In this document: positions 42,376-54,015 of the stretch, one piece after another
How positions within the stretch are numbered: position 1 is the stretch's first letter
How the letters are laid out: each line of letters starts with the position of its first letter
From: an uncultured Verrucomicrobiae bacterium
Lineage (GTDB): Bacteria; Verrucomicrobiota; Verrucomicrobiia; Chthoniobacterales; JAFAMB01
Length of the DNA stretch: 64,000 nucleotides
Assembly: GCA_963782115.1 (NCBI GenBank)
Contig: CAWAIK010000003.1
Coordinates: 224,001-288,000, forward strand
Reading direction: 5' to 3'
Notes under the pieces: model-generated
Told to the model about the DNA's origin: nothing
What the model saw: the letters and a program-made list of their open reading frames with translations, nothing else
Databases searched by the model: none
Translations under genes and position numbers: made by a program

Positions 42376-43254
42376 ATGTCTGCGAGTTTTTGGTACAAAC
42401 TGGCACAAAACTTCCTCTCTGGAAAGAATTCGCTTGTTCCACGCCGGGTGCGTAACTCTTTACGCTTCAGCCCCTTATATCTTCACTTTGGAATGAAGCA
42501 AGCACTGGCCGCCATCGAAGCGGAATTTCCAAACGTAAGATTCCCAAAATTGGAGTTAGAAATCGATCGCAGAGATCAGATGTATATGCACGATCATCCG
42601 GCGCATTATTTTTATGTCGCCTATTCTGCATTGGCGTGCATCCAAGTCGTGTGCACAAAACAATCTAACGAAACGTTTAGATCAGTATTGGATCTTCCTT
42701 GTGGACACGGTAGAGCATTAAGGGCGCTTAAGGCTGCATTTCCTGAAGCGAATTTTACTGCCTGTGATCTAGATGAGCACGGCGTCGATTTTTGTTCCCG
42801 CACATTCGGAGTTACTGGTGCCTACTCAAACGTTGACCCAAGAAAGATTCGTATTCAGGCGAAATTCGATCTTGTCTGGGTGGGTTCGCTCTTTACGCAC
42901 CTGAGTAGCGATCGATGGTCAGCTTTTCTGGACCTGTTCAACTCAATACTTGCGAAAGACGGCCTCCTGTTTTTCAGCACGCATGGCGACTTCGTGGTCG
43001 AGCGATTGGAAAGATTTGCAAAGTTCTATGGTTTATCCCCTGAACAAATTGAGGCCGTCAAACTCCAATACACCAAAGGTGGATTTGGATATGCTGATTA
43101 TCGCAAAAATCCAGGTTATGGGATTTCGTTGAGCACTGCAGAATGGGTGAAGAGCTTGTTAAGGTTAAATTCGTTCGATCTGGCCTCCTTTATGCCTGCG
43201 GCTTGGGACAAGCATCACGACGTTTGGGCGGTGAAGCCGAAGACGACGCAATGA
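42376..43254 (+). CDS. Class I SAM-dependent methyltransferase
   Basis: VLDLPCGHGR, ACDLD, FDLVWVGSLFTHL and L..DGLLFFSTHG motifs; start uncertain. Confidence 0.88.
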   Translation: MSASFWYKLAQNFLSGKNSLVPRRVRNSLRFSPLYLHFGMKQALAAIEAEFPNVRFPKLELEIDRRDQMYMHDHPAHYFYVAYSALACIQVVCTKQSNETFRSVLDLPCGHGRALRALKAAFPEANFTACDLDEHGVDFCSRTFGVTGAYSNVDPRKIRIQAKFDLVWVGSLFTHLSSDRWSAFLDLFNSILAKDGLLFFSTHGDFVVERLERFAKFYGLSPEQIEAVKLQYTKGGFGYADYRKNPGYGISLSTAEWVKSLLRLNSFDLASFMPAAWDKHHDVWAVKPKTTQ

Positions 43255-43875
43255 AGATTCCTTGCAGGCAGCCCTTCGGGCTGACTAAGACAACAAAACA
43301 AAGAGTTTACGGCCAGCAGGCCGCTGAAGCTGTTGTATGGGAACCGGAGTTTCCTGCGAATGATGAACCTAGAGACCAAGGCGATTGCGATGAATGACTC
43401 CGAATGGTCGGCATTTTGCGAATCGGTGCTGGAGGTCCAGCGGAGCGACTTCATGAAGGAAATGAAAGATCGGCTTCGGACACTCGGAAGCAAAAGTTCG
43501 ATGGGAATATTTGATTCCGCGGTGCTCATGGCGTTGGTCCGGAAGTTTGCCCCTGCGATTTGCGTTGAAACAGGTGGTAACCTCGGGATGTCATCGTCAT
43601 TTATCCTCCAAGGGATGCACGAGGCAGGGGTGAAAGCTGGCAAACTGCTTAGCGTGGAAATCGATCCGAACATCCCGGTGGGCTCGATGATTCCCGAGAG
43701 GTTAAAGAGCGGCTTCAATCCCCTGATCGGAGACGTGAAGCAATTCATGAAGAAGAAAGTGTTTCCGGATCAGATCGATTTGTTTCTGCAGGATAGTTCG
43801 CATCGATACAAGTAGCAGTACCTCGAATTTCGGTATCTCTGGAAGAAACTGAGGCCAAACGGGGTCCTGGTGTAA
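43251..43875 (+). pseudogene. Methyltransf_24-like SAM methyltransferase with a frameshift and in-frame stops (43813, 43873)
   Basis: VETGGNLGMSS, SVEID, IDLFLQDSSH*...EF..LW..LRPNGVLV*. Confidence 0.75.
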
Positions 43876-44136
43876 CACCGTCGCGCGTCCGTACCTCGCT
43901 TCGAGTCGTTTCCGTGCACCGTTGAAAAAGTCTTCATACGCCGGCCGATCCCAGTCGCGCTGCTGATATTGCAGTTCGACTTCCACGAGGGTCTTGTCGA
44001 TCCCGAAGTAAATTAATGTCCGCATAGAAGCGACCACCGCATACTCTTTAACTTCTGACGCCGTTATTTTGTTTTTTCTTCGGACGGCCGCGCTGTAGGC
44101 GGTTCTTTCTCACTTCATCGACCTTCAGCCCTCTCA

Positions 44137-45163
44137 ATGGAAATGACCCATACCCGGCGCAAGAAAAATGGCAACAAGGAGCGCAAGCGGGTGTTGCGAG
44201 AGATGAAGAGGATCGTGACAGTGGTGCGCGCCCATGCCCAGCGTTACTACACGCTGCTCGATGAAAACTGGCAAGCCACTGATTGGACCCGCCCGCAGGC
44301 CGAGCAGGTTCTAAAGCGCCTTAAATCGATTATCGAAGCTCTGCCGGCGGCTGTTAAGCAGGCGCATGAACGCATCATCGGAGAGCGTCAAAGTGGCCAA
44401 TGATGAAAAAATTCTGAGCCTCTTTGAACCCGACATCCATGTGATCGTTCGCGGCAAGGCGGGCGAGGAAGTTGAGTTTGGCAACTTATTAGTATTGGGC
44501 GAACAGATCGACGGGTTGATCATGGATTGGGAACTGTTCAAAGAGCAGGTACCTGCTGATCCGCGCTTAGTGCGTCCGAGCGTTGGGAGGGTGGAAAACA
44601 GCCTGGCGCTCTCACTGAAGGGTCTGATAACGGATCGTGGATTTGATAACAAAACCAACGTCACGTGGCTAGAGGAGCGCGGAATTTCTGCCGGGCTCTG
44701 TCCCCGTGATCCGCGCGCTCTGCGTGAGGCCATGAAGGATGCAGACTTTGCCCAAGTGCAGCGCCGGCGAGCACAGACTGAAGCGCGGATCGCGATCTTT
44801 AAAAATGAATTTCTCGGACGCCCAATGCGCTCGGAAGGCTTTGAGAACCGGGCCTTGCAAGTGGCGTGGGGCGTGCTCACGCACAATTTATGGGTGCTGG
44901 CGGAGAAACTGCGCGAGCAGCGAAAGATCCGGGAGCAAAAGCTTAGGAAAGCGGCCTAAGTAACGTAGCAAAACAAAGCCATAATATAGCTACACGCCCG
45001 GGGTGTCTCTCAGCGTCGCCTAGCGAGCGCTATATTAGCTCTTTACATAACGGAATATTGTCATAACATAAAGCGTTCGAGTTAGTGATTACTCGTCCTC
45101 GCACTGTTATGTCTTGGCAATGAGTGTCGCACGAAAAAAAGGCATTTTCGGGACTGAATCTAG
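44137..45163 (+). mobile_element. 3' half of an IS5/ISNCY-like DDE transposase element (frameshift near 44388) with its right end
   Basis: KILSLFEPD...RGKAG..VEFG, TDRGF, RRAQTEARIAIFK and LTHNL motifs; ends ...TTTTCGGGACTGAATCTAG. Confidence 0.75.
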
Positions 45164-45183
45164 ACTAGCAACCCCCTATGAAG

Positions 45184-46056
45184 TCAGGGCAACCGAGCCA
45201 CGGTCTTGGTTAGGAGCGAGTAGAAGCCGTCTGCGTCAACGTTATTCATCCACATTGCATTGGGGGGACGTTCCGTCACCTGGTTCCAATCTACCACGGT
45301 TTCACCAAGCGTTAGACCGCTACAAATCTCTACAGCGACGTTAACGCGCCGGCCGGAGAATAGCAGTGGCTCGAGCAAATATCCGATCACACAGGGGTCA
45401 TGAAGGGGACCACCTTCGGAACCGATCTTTTCGGTTTCGTGGCGCTCGTAAGATGTAAGAATTTGGGCGATCAGTTCTCCGGCGCGATTGCCAAGGTTCT
45501 TTATGCGTTCGATGCGTGCTGTTGTAGTCAATACTTTGTGAGTTACATCGAGAGGCAAGACGGTGATTGGAAGTCCGCTTTCGAAGACGACGGTCGCCGC
45601 GTGTGGATCAACATAGATATTAAACTCAGCGGTCGGCGTTATGTTTCCTCTTTTGAAATAAGCGCCGCCCATCATGACGATTTCTTTAATGCCACGTTTT
45701 ACGTGCGGAGCTTGGACGAGAGTGACAGCAAGATTTGTCAGGGGACCAATCGAGCAGATCGTAACGCTACTCTCTGGAGCGACGCGAAGAGTATTGATCA
45801 AAAACTCAACAGCGTGGTCCTTCGCTAGCTCACTCTTTGGTTCGTGCAGCGGCACGCCTTCCAGCCCTTCCTTACCATGAACATGTTGAGCTGTAACGAG
45901 ATCACGCACGAGTGGTCTGGGACATCCGGCATAAACGGGCACTTCTGTTCGGTTCGCCCAATCCAGCACGATCCGAGCGTTCCGAGAGGTGAGTTCTATC
46001 GGCACATTCCCGGCCACGGTGGTAATTGCTCGGACATCTAACCGGTCATTTGCAGA
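45184..46056 (-). pseudogene. Nucleoside hydrolase (IunH family) lacking its N-terminal DxDxxxDD motif
   Basis: ITTVAGNV, VHGKEGL, GPLTNLA, AEFNIYVDP, PLDVT and LHDP motifs. Confidence 0.88.
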
Positions 46057-46969
46057 GCCAGGGTTAACCGGCTGGGTGAGGACGAAAAACGGCGCTCCAC
46101 CCAGGCCATTGACCCAGTAATCGGTGGTGCCCCGCAGGCAGAGCCGTTCGCGCGCCAGTAGCGCCGTGGCAGATTGGTGAGGCTGCCATGATAGACACGC
46201 ACGTGACCGTCGGCGTAGAACAGGCCCAGGCTCTCGCTGTTGGAGCCGGCCTTCCACTCCCCAGCCAAGCGGCTCTGCCACTGGGCTGCCTGACCGTCCT
46301 GACCACAGAGCTGGGAGATTTTTCGCCGCAAGGTTTTGACCTCCGGCAACCGATCCAGCCCGAGTAGTTTGCCCCACTCGCCGGGGGACAGATAGCGGCT
46401 CTGCTCCAGCGAACGGCAACGCACCAGCGCCAGCAGAGCCAGGGCCAAAAAGATCGATTCCAACCCAGTTTGTGCACTGACTACCGGCAGCGGATAACCC
46501 TGCACCAGTAAAGCGCGGGCTTGCTCGAGTTTTTCTTCATGGAGCTTGGAGCCCTCACGACGCCGGCCAGACACGAAGAATCCCGCCGGCCCTCTTTCAC
46601 GATAGAGCTTGGTTGCCCGTTTAATGGCCACTAGCGGCACACCAAACGCCTTGGCCACATGTCCCTGTGTCGCGCTGCCCTGCACGATGAGTTGACTGGT
46701 GAAAAGTCGGAAGCTGGCCAGATCGCTTTTGGCATGCGCAAACACCGGCAAGTGGCCATTGAAATAAACCACTTGCTCGCCTTCGACCCGACACGCAAGC
46801 TCACGGTTGATCTCCACGCTGCCGGCCGGAAAAATAGGAAGCTGCACTTGCGGCATCCCTTTTTCTTATCTCCTCCCAGCCATTGGCTAAAGACATAAAA
46901 TCCCCAAACTTGGTCTCATTTTCGTTCCGCCACAGCGTACCGCCTCATCAACCGAGTTCAGGAAGTCTG
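46057..46969 (-). mobile_element. Internally deleted, 3'-truncated putative transposase element
   Basis: MPQVQLPIFP...GEWGKLLGLDRLPEVKTLR...YADGHVRVYHG...TDYWVN; end-like TCAGACTTCCTG near 46969. Confidence 0.7.
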
Positions 46970-47161
46970 AGGCTAAAGCGTCGCAGTCGGATCCCTTGCG
47001 GTTTCGATTTTTGGCCGTGCTTGCCGTAACGATTCACCCGAAGATCGGTCTGAGCTTTATGGCTGGCGAAAGTTTCAAGCTCACACAATCGCGAACAGTA
47101 TTCACGATCAAAGGCACTCGCTTCCGGAGTGCACCTTTGGTAGGTAACCGTCTCAAATGGA

Positions 47162-47900
47162 TTAATGAATCAAGCCTACGAAAATTCCCGCAATGGCTGC
47201 GCTAGTCAGGTTTGATAAAGTTCCCGCTAACACAGCGCGTAATCCGAATTTTGCAATTTCAGGCCGGCGCTCCGGCGCCAAAGGGCCAAAACTTCCCAGC
47301 AGTATCGCGATTGAGGTGAGATTAGCGAAACCGCATAGGGCAAAACAGGTGATAGTCAGCGATCGAGGAGAAAGGGTGTGCGCCACGGATGGGTCGCCTT
47401 TGAGGTATGGCGACAGATGAGAATAAGCCACGAACTCGTTTAAGGCGATCTTTTCCCCAATAAATCCGGCGACTAGCTGAGACTCACGCCAGGGTACGCC
47501 CAATAAGTAGGCGATTGGGGATAGAATAAGCCCAAATATTCCGTTTAACGTCAGGTGCGGATTGCCGAACCAGCCTCCTATAAATCCTAGCAGCCCGTTC
47601 AGACACGTCAGCAATCCGATGAACCCGATTAGCATCGCACCGATACCGAGGGCCACATGTAGACCATTATTGGCGCCAATCGCCGCTGTCTCTATTATAT
47701 TTACAGGTCTCTCCTCGATAACGGGCGTATCCGTATCCGCCGCCTGCAGCTCGCCGTTGGGCGTCGGGAAAATAATCTTGGCGTAAAGGAGCCCGCCGGG
47801 GACTGCCATGACACAAGCCGACAGCAAATATTCCATCGGAACACCGAGACCGGCGTAACCTGCCAGAATGGAGCCCGCAACGGATGCGAGTCCACTGCAC
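47162..47900 (-). pseudogene. NupC/CNT nucleoside transporter, C-terminal half only
   Basis: ASVAGS, NEFVAY, FALCGFAN and AGTLSNL motifs; N-terminus replaced by unrelated sequence. Confidence 0.85.
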
Positions 47901-48064
47901 ACAGGCTCGAAGGGAGGGGCCCACGGTTGCGGAGTGTAACGATTGATGTGCTTAGAGCAAGAAAAATTGATTTTTAAGAGGGTGTTTGTGTCGACCACCG
48001 ATGACACTAAGTTTCGTCAGTGTCGGCTCCCTCACGCGCTGCCACTTTAGCGGCGATAGCGCCC

Positions 48065-49004
48065 GTGTCGGACTGTACTTAAATCGGGACCGGAAAGAAA
48101 CTGGGGGTTCATGCCGCCAGGGCCTGGATCGGCGATGATTCTGAGGGCGACCACCCGGTGTATTTGCCCAGTTCGCCGTTGAGTAGCGCACATCGCGCGT
48201 GGAGCAACATCTGCGCGCCGCGTTGGGTCCAGCGCATATGCTGTTTCTTCTCCATCCGCCAGTCCACCAATTGGTCCACAGTCGATTCCACCCGCGCTGT
48301 CGATATCCGATGGCCTTCACGATATTCCTTGCCGTAGTTGATCAATCGGGTCTGGTTTGCGGTCAGGTACGACCACAATTCGGCCAGACGCACGCGAACC
48401 TGTTCGATAAGCGTCGACCGGCCGGAGTCCGTCTCCGCAATCAATTACGTAAATATCGACTCCGTCGTAAAAACAACTAAGAGCGATGCTGGCTCCATAC
48501 AGGTTGCCATGCCAGGCTTTCCACATCGCGCGATTCAAGTGCTGCCAGTGTCTTGACAGTCGATGGTTGAAATCCTCGACATGAGGAAGATAGATGAGGC
48601 CTTTTCCGATAGCCTCAAAGCGCCGTGCGATGTGATACCAATCCAGGATGTGCTGCTCGTTAGCGTTGAACCATTTGCCCACCATCGACCTCATGCCGTC
48701 CTCACCATCCGTCACAATGCTCCTCCAGCTGTTGCTTTACTACCGTGTCTTGCAACCGATTCGCAATCTGCTTCGATTCCTGCAGATTGACTCCGAGGTT
48801 TTCCGCAGTCGTACTCCCAGCGAGCCGTTCGATGGTACTCAGCGTAATCGTGGATCGTTTACCATCTTCTCCGACGCACTCCACAATGATGTTCCAGCGC
48901 ACGCTTCCTCCTGGTTGGTCTCACCCGCCAACGAACCATAAAGGCGGAATTTCGGTCAAGACCCCCAAGTTCTTTCCGGTCCCGATTTAAATGCAGTGCG
49001 ACAC
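48065..49004 (-). mobile_element. ISKra4-family element, internally deleted and frameshifted, with intact ~43-bp terminal inverted repeats
   Basis: Left GTGTCGGACTGTACTTAAATCGGGACCGGAAAGAAACTGGGGG; right (revcomp) GTGTCGCACTGCATTTAAATCGGGACCGGAAAGAACTTGGGGG; TDGE, LDWYHI and VESTV...RM.KKQ.MRW motifs. Confidence 0.85.
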
Positions 49005-49426
49005 CTTTAGAAAATCCCAGTGCTTTCTAAGGGTTTAGGCAAGCTCTTCCTTTAGGAAGCGTCGTTTACAACGATATTTTACCACTTCACAAATATCCAG
49101 CGCCGTTCAAATACTACTGAACGAAATGCACGGTAAGGTTGCCAACTGGACCCCAGGCGCCTCCATAGGAACCGTCGAAAGTTCGGTGCGTTTTGTCGGC
49201 GGTTCCAGACAGGGTATACACGTCCGAGCCGAGGGTCAAAGAGGCAGACATAATGCCGTCGCTTCTTAAACGGATATCTTTGAGTGTACCTTGAATATCC
49301 CCGGTAATGACTCCGCCAAGCTTTGAGCCACTCACCGTTATGTAGGGCTAAAGTTAGGAGGGACTAATTTGTCGCACCGACCGCTCTCCCAACGAAAGGC
49401 CAGATGAACGCTCCCGCAGGGGTTAG

Positions 49427-49980
49427 TCACAGTGTCCGGACTATGTCCATCAGATCGTCGATTTTGCGGACGACGGAGGTTCGGCTCGAACTCAGGTTGT
49501 GCTCCATACTGAGTCCTGTAAAAAAAGTCAGAACCAATTCCGCAAGGGAGTCCGCATTCATCTTTGGACGCTCGATCTCAATATTCTTGGCGATGAGCTG
49601 CTTTAGTTTGCTTCTGCTTCGAGTGATGATACCAACAGCTTCCGGCGGCAATATCGGAAACTCGCGCATGGAGCTGACGGCAAAACATCCCTTTTGTCCC
49701 TCCATGCTGCATGGTCCCACCTTGAGGAATCGCTCGATGTTATCCCAGCCCAAGGGCTGGGCTATCAGCAGTCCCTTCTTCTCGAGGCTTTCAAGGTAGT
49801 ACCGAAGGCTCTGCACAAACAGATCCTCTTTATCTTCGAACTCGGCGTAGAGGCGGATTTGTTCACCCCGGTCGCTTGTTCCAATTCGTGAAGACTGGCG
49901 TCAGCAAATCCACGCCTCCAAAAAACCGGCAGCGCCTTCTCTAAGACACCTTCCCGGTTGAAGTTTTTCGGTCGTCCCAT
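49427..49980 (-). pseudogene. TetR/AcrR family regulator with a -1 frameshift near 49853
   Basis: MGRPKNFNRE...FWRRGFADASL.EL..ATGVNKS/LYAEF.DKEDLF...GCF. Confidence 0.85.
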
Positions 49981-50534
49981 GCTCCAGTATCGGTTAATGC
50001 GCCGATTGGTGCACAATCTTTTTTGACGCATCAGCGGGCCTCTTGACGCTGACCCAATTGACCTCTATGCCTACCATATCCTCGCGTTAGCAATCCAAAA
50101 CGAATCGCTGGAAGACAGCGCCAATCTTCCTGAATCTAATACTAGTATGCTCGCGCTCCAAATTGCAGGAAAACTTGGAGCTGCCTTGGAGCAGTTCGCC
50201 GCGATCGATGAAGATCTAAACAAATAACCTGAAAAAACAAAGCACGCTCGGATTTCGGATAGCATTCTTACGTTTGTGCTGACAGAAGCTGCACATCAAC
50301 ATCCACAAAGAAAATGACGGCTTGAAAGGTCGATTGGAGCAGGTTTGGCTGGCTAGGAACAGGCAATTGGATAGGGAAGCGGGCAATAGCTGTGTATGGC
50401 AGAGTTGAGCCATTTCGGACGTGTGGCAGCCAAGGAGGTCGAGGTCGCTTTTGGACATAGCCGGTAGCTGCTCGCAGCGTGGACTGAAAGTGGCTACATC
50501 TACGACCTGGTCGTGGAAATTGCGCAGCGTGCTT

Positions 50535-51652
50535 CTATGGCCGACGCTCACCACGGTAGGTCGCCATGACGATCTGGCGCGGTGCACGTTTTGATTGGTG
50601 GATTGCGAGCAGTTGCTGTTCGAAGCCGCTTAGCCGTTGCGTCACTGCCTGCCAGGCAGCGATATCGGTGTAGGCGTTAATAATAAAGGAGAGCGAGTTC
50701 TGCACGAAGGAAAACGCGTTGACCACCTGCATCAGGCCGCCCCATCCGATCTGCTTCGCGAAGTAACGTGGCGAAACGACCACCAGAGGAAAGATGAGTC
50801 CCGCTTGGGTATAGCCCAAGGTAAAGCAGGTAAGGAGCCTTTGCCGCTTCATGATGTGGTGAAAGTTTTCAAATACGCTGCGGAAGCGCTCGTTAAAGAT
50901 GCGAAGCTCGACCGGTTCGCCCCGTAGAGGGCAACACTCTCCGCATTTTCCCGGAAGCGCACCAGGCTGAACCTGAAGTCGGCTTCGAAGCGCTGCCGGG
51001 CAACATTCAACGGCACCAACGGTCGACCGATTTTGACCGTCAGCCCAGTACCGACACCGGCGTGGAATAATGCTGTCCAGACCAGATACGCAGGTATGTG
51101 TACTGTTCGCCACTTGCCGAGAGGGATATCCGCCGGTCCAGAGAGCCCCCAGAGTATGACCAGAAAAGAAACCAGGGAGACGACTAAGCTAAGAAGACCA
51201 AGCGATAAGCTCAGCACGTAGGCGGTAAATTGGTTGAGGTCCTCCGCGATACGCTGGTCAGGGTTGTCGGTCGTGTCCCGCAGCTGCAGCCGGTAATAAG
51301 CGTGGTCAGTGAGCCAGGCGCCGAGATATCTACGCGTTAGCCATTGCCGCCAGCGTATCTGCAACATCTGGTTGAAGTAGAGGGAGTAGACAGACATTGC
51401 AATGGCGAAAGCGACTAGAAGGCAAAACGCGCCGAGCTGCCGGAAGAGTTCACCGCTATTGAACGCCTGGAGTGCATTGTAGAAGGCGTTGTTCCACTCG
51501 TTGATGCGCACGCTGATGTAGACGTTGCCGAGGTTGAGCGCGATTACGGCGAGCAGAAGCCCCCAAGCCGACCATTTCTCCTCCGAGGTCCAATAAGGTT
51601 TGGCAAGGCGCCACGCGTCGCGCACTATCTGACGTCTTGACGTGTCATTCAT
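50535..51652 (-). pseudogene. YddA/SbmA-BacA-like ABC transporter permease; frameshift near 50920, ATPase domain deleted
   Basis: WNNAFYNALQ, DNPDQRIAED, EADFRFSLVR.RENAE and PRYF motifs. Confidence 0.85.
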
Positions 51653-51925
51653 AGAACTTCCTTGCCGCACTGACTGCTTTTGCCTTGGTTGTGGAGGTTG
51701 GTATTTCCTCTTCCGCGCAACCTTCATTACTATTTATTTAAACATGGCGCTCATGCTAATTATTCCCAAACCGCTCGACATCCATATTAGCCTCATCCTC
51801 TCTCCGACGAGTTAGTGATACTTCCAAGCCAGCCCAGGCCTTATCAAGGTCGTCATCCTATAGGGTGTTCGAGGGGAATAATTAGCTTTCCCGCAGGGTA
51901 TATATACATAGAAAGTAGGTGTTTT

Positions 51926-52348
51926 ATGAAGTTGAAGTATTTCTTCGGTAGCATTCTCGCAGCTGCTTCGTTGGCGGTTTTACCAGAGATAGGTCTAGCA
52001 CATGGGGGCGGAGGTGGCGGGGGCGCAGGAGGCGGTGGTCACGGATTTGGCGGGGGAGGTGGGGGTCACGCTTTTGTCGGTAGTGGTGGCCACGGATTCG
52101 GCGGATTCAACGGTCGCGGCTTTAGTCCGGGATTCAGGGGAACGCGGGGATTTTCTTCTGGTAGCTTTTCTGGTCGCGGAGATCACGGTCGTTTTGGCGA
52201 CCGTGGTTTCCGTGGACGCGAGCGCGACTTTCGCGGTCGTCGTTTTCGCGATTTTGATGGAGACTTCTTCGATTTCGGCTTCGATGGGTATGGATATCCG
52301 GATTATTACCCGTACACCTATCCGTATTACTATCCGTATCCTTATTAG
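51926..52348 (+). CDS. Secreted Gly-rich low-complexity protein with RGF repeats and Tyr/Pro tail
   Basis: Signal peptide from ATG 51926 (AGTAGGT RBS), then poly-G, RGF/RDF and YPYY blocks. Confidence 0.75.
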   Translation: MKLKYFFGSILAAASLAVLPEIGLAHGGGGGGGAGGGGHGFGGGGGGHAFVGSGGHGFGGFNGRGFSPGFRGTRGFSSGSFSGRGDHGRFGDRGFRGRERDFRGRRFRDFDGDFFDFGFDGYGYPDYYPYTYPYYYPYPY

Positions 52349-52433
52349 AACTACGAGGTGTATTGAGTCGGTATCTCACTCATTCCCGAGCAGGTGGAGC
52401 TTCGCTCGCGACGTTCGCCGTACCTCCCTGGCA

Positions 52434-53921
52434 CTAGTTTGACTTTGTAATTTTTAAATTGACGTTTTCCCGAATTTTTGCTGACTTGACTCTCAGCTCT
52501 AATGGAGAAGCAATTCTAAATCCGAAGAACATAGTGAAATCAAGAAGAGCCCCCTGAGAGGGGTGGCAGATCGATTTCTAAGTTTTGTGATGAGTTACGC
52601 CGAGCATTTTATAAGTTATCGGCGGGATGTGTCTGAGAAGGCTAGGCAGTATGCTTCCGGCTTGATGCAGGCAGGCTCGCGTAAAAATATCTACGCGATT
52701 TCAGAGGTAGTGCCGGACACCGACGAACGAAATCTGCAGCAGTTTATCACTCACTCTAAATGGAGCACGCGTGAAGTGCTTGATCATGTGGCACGCGATG
52801 CAGATGAGTTGATCGGGGATACAACGGACGCCGCGCTGATTATCGACGAGAGTGGGTTTGCCAAACAAGGCAAGATGTCTGTCGGCGCCAGTCGTCAATA
52901 CCTAGGGCGATTGGGTAAGGTCGATAATGGGCAGGTGGCAGTCTTCGGAGTTTTGGCCAAGGGACGTTTTGCCACAGCCATTGATACTCGGCTCTACTTG
53001 CCCAAAGAATGGACCGATGATCCGCAGCGATGCAACCGGGCTGGCATCCCGGAAAGCGAACAGGTCTTTAAGACCAAAAACCAACTGGCTCTGGAAATCG
53101 TTGAGCAGGCCCGTCGCAACGGAGTGCGCTTTGGCTGGGTTGGAGCCGATGCGGGCTATGGCAGCGGTCCGGATTTTCTCTTTGCTTTGGAGGATGGCGG
53201 CCACAACTTCCTGGTCGACGTTCACAAGAGCTTCATGGTCTACGAGATTGATCCGCAGCCCGCCATTCCACCAGAGCCTTCAAGTAAGGGGCCCAAAGCA
53301 AGGCGCAAGATTACCGGAAAGAAGGGTCTGAGCGTCGAGGAGTTGGTGGAATCATACTCCCTGAAAGATTGGAAGATTTGCAATGTCAGAGAAACTACTC
53401 GGGGCTCGCTCAAACTTCGGGTGTTACGTAAGAGCGTAGATGTGTGGGACAAGCAGAGCGAGCAGGCGCGTCGCTATGAACTCTTGGTCACCGAGAACAT
53501 GGACGGAGAAGATCGGAAGTATTCATTGACCAACCTAAATCCGTCGACCTCGACGCGGCGTCTAAGCTGGATGCAGAGACAACGCTATTGGGTAGAACGG
53601 TGCTTTGAGGATGGCAAGGGTCAGTGCGGCATGGCGGACTACCAGGTGCGCCTTTGGAATGCGTGGCACCATCATATGGCACTGGTGATGATGGCAATGC
53701 TCTTCATGCTGACCGAAAAACTCCAGATGAAAGACCAATGCCCTTTGCTAAGTTGCGCGGACATCGAGAAGTTGCTAGCGGCATTCCTACCGCGAAAGGA
53801 CGCGAGACCAGAGCAAGTCTATAGTCATATGAAGCGTCGCCACGAAATGCGAAGACGAGCGATCGAGTCTCACGCCAAATGCAATGCGCAGCGGCGATCT
53901 AAAGTAACGTAGTCAAACTAG
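52434..53921 (+). mobile_element. Complete IS701-family insertion sequence
   Basis: Inverted ends CTAGTTTGACT...AGTCAAACTAG with CTAG on both sides; intact transposase inside. Confidence 0.92.
52563..53912 (+). CDS. IS701-family transposase
   Basis: IIDESGFAKQG..SVG..RQYLG..GKVDNGQ, ADAGYG, RYWVERCFEDGK...G..DYQVR.W.AWHHH. Confidence 0.93.
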   Translation: MADRFLSFVMSYAEHFISYRRDVSEKARQYASGLMQAGSRKNIYAISEVVPDTDERNLQQFITHSKWSTREVLDHVARDADELIGDTTDAALIIDESGFAKQGKMSVGASRQYLGRLGKVDNGQVAVFGVLAKGRFATAIDTRLYLPKEWTDDPQRCNRAGIPESEQVFKTKNQLALEIVEQARRNGVRFGWVGADAGYGSGPDFLFALEDGGHNFLVDVHKSFMVYEIDPQPAIPPEPSSKGPKARRKITGKKGLSVEELVESYSLKDWKICNVRETTRGSLKLRVLRKSVDVWDKQSEQARRYELLVTENMDGEDRKYSLTNLNPSTSTRRLSWMQRQRYWVERCFEDGKGQCGMADYQVRLWNAWHHHMALVMMAMLFMLTEKLQMKDQCPLLSCADIEKLLAAFLPRKDARPEQVYSHMKRRHEMRRRAIESHAKCNAQRRSKVT

Positions 53922-54015
53922 ATCCAGTGAGCGTATCGACATGTTCGAAGGATGTGTCGCGGTGTACCACGCACATCCAATTCCCTGTCGACGCAGAGAT
54001 AATAGCGTTCTTCAG

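Noticed and set aside
47985..48030. Hammerhead-like CTGACGA on the minus strand with nearby stems
   Set aside because: No correctly placed stem II-GAAA core
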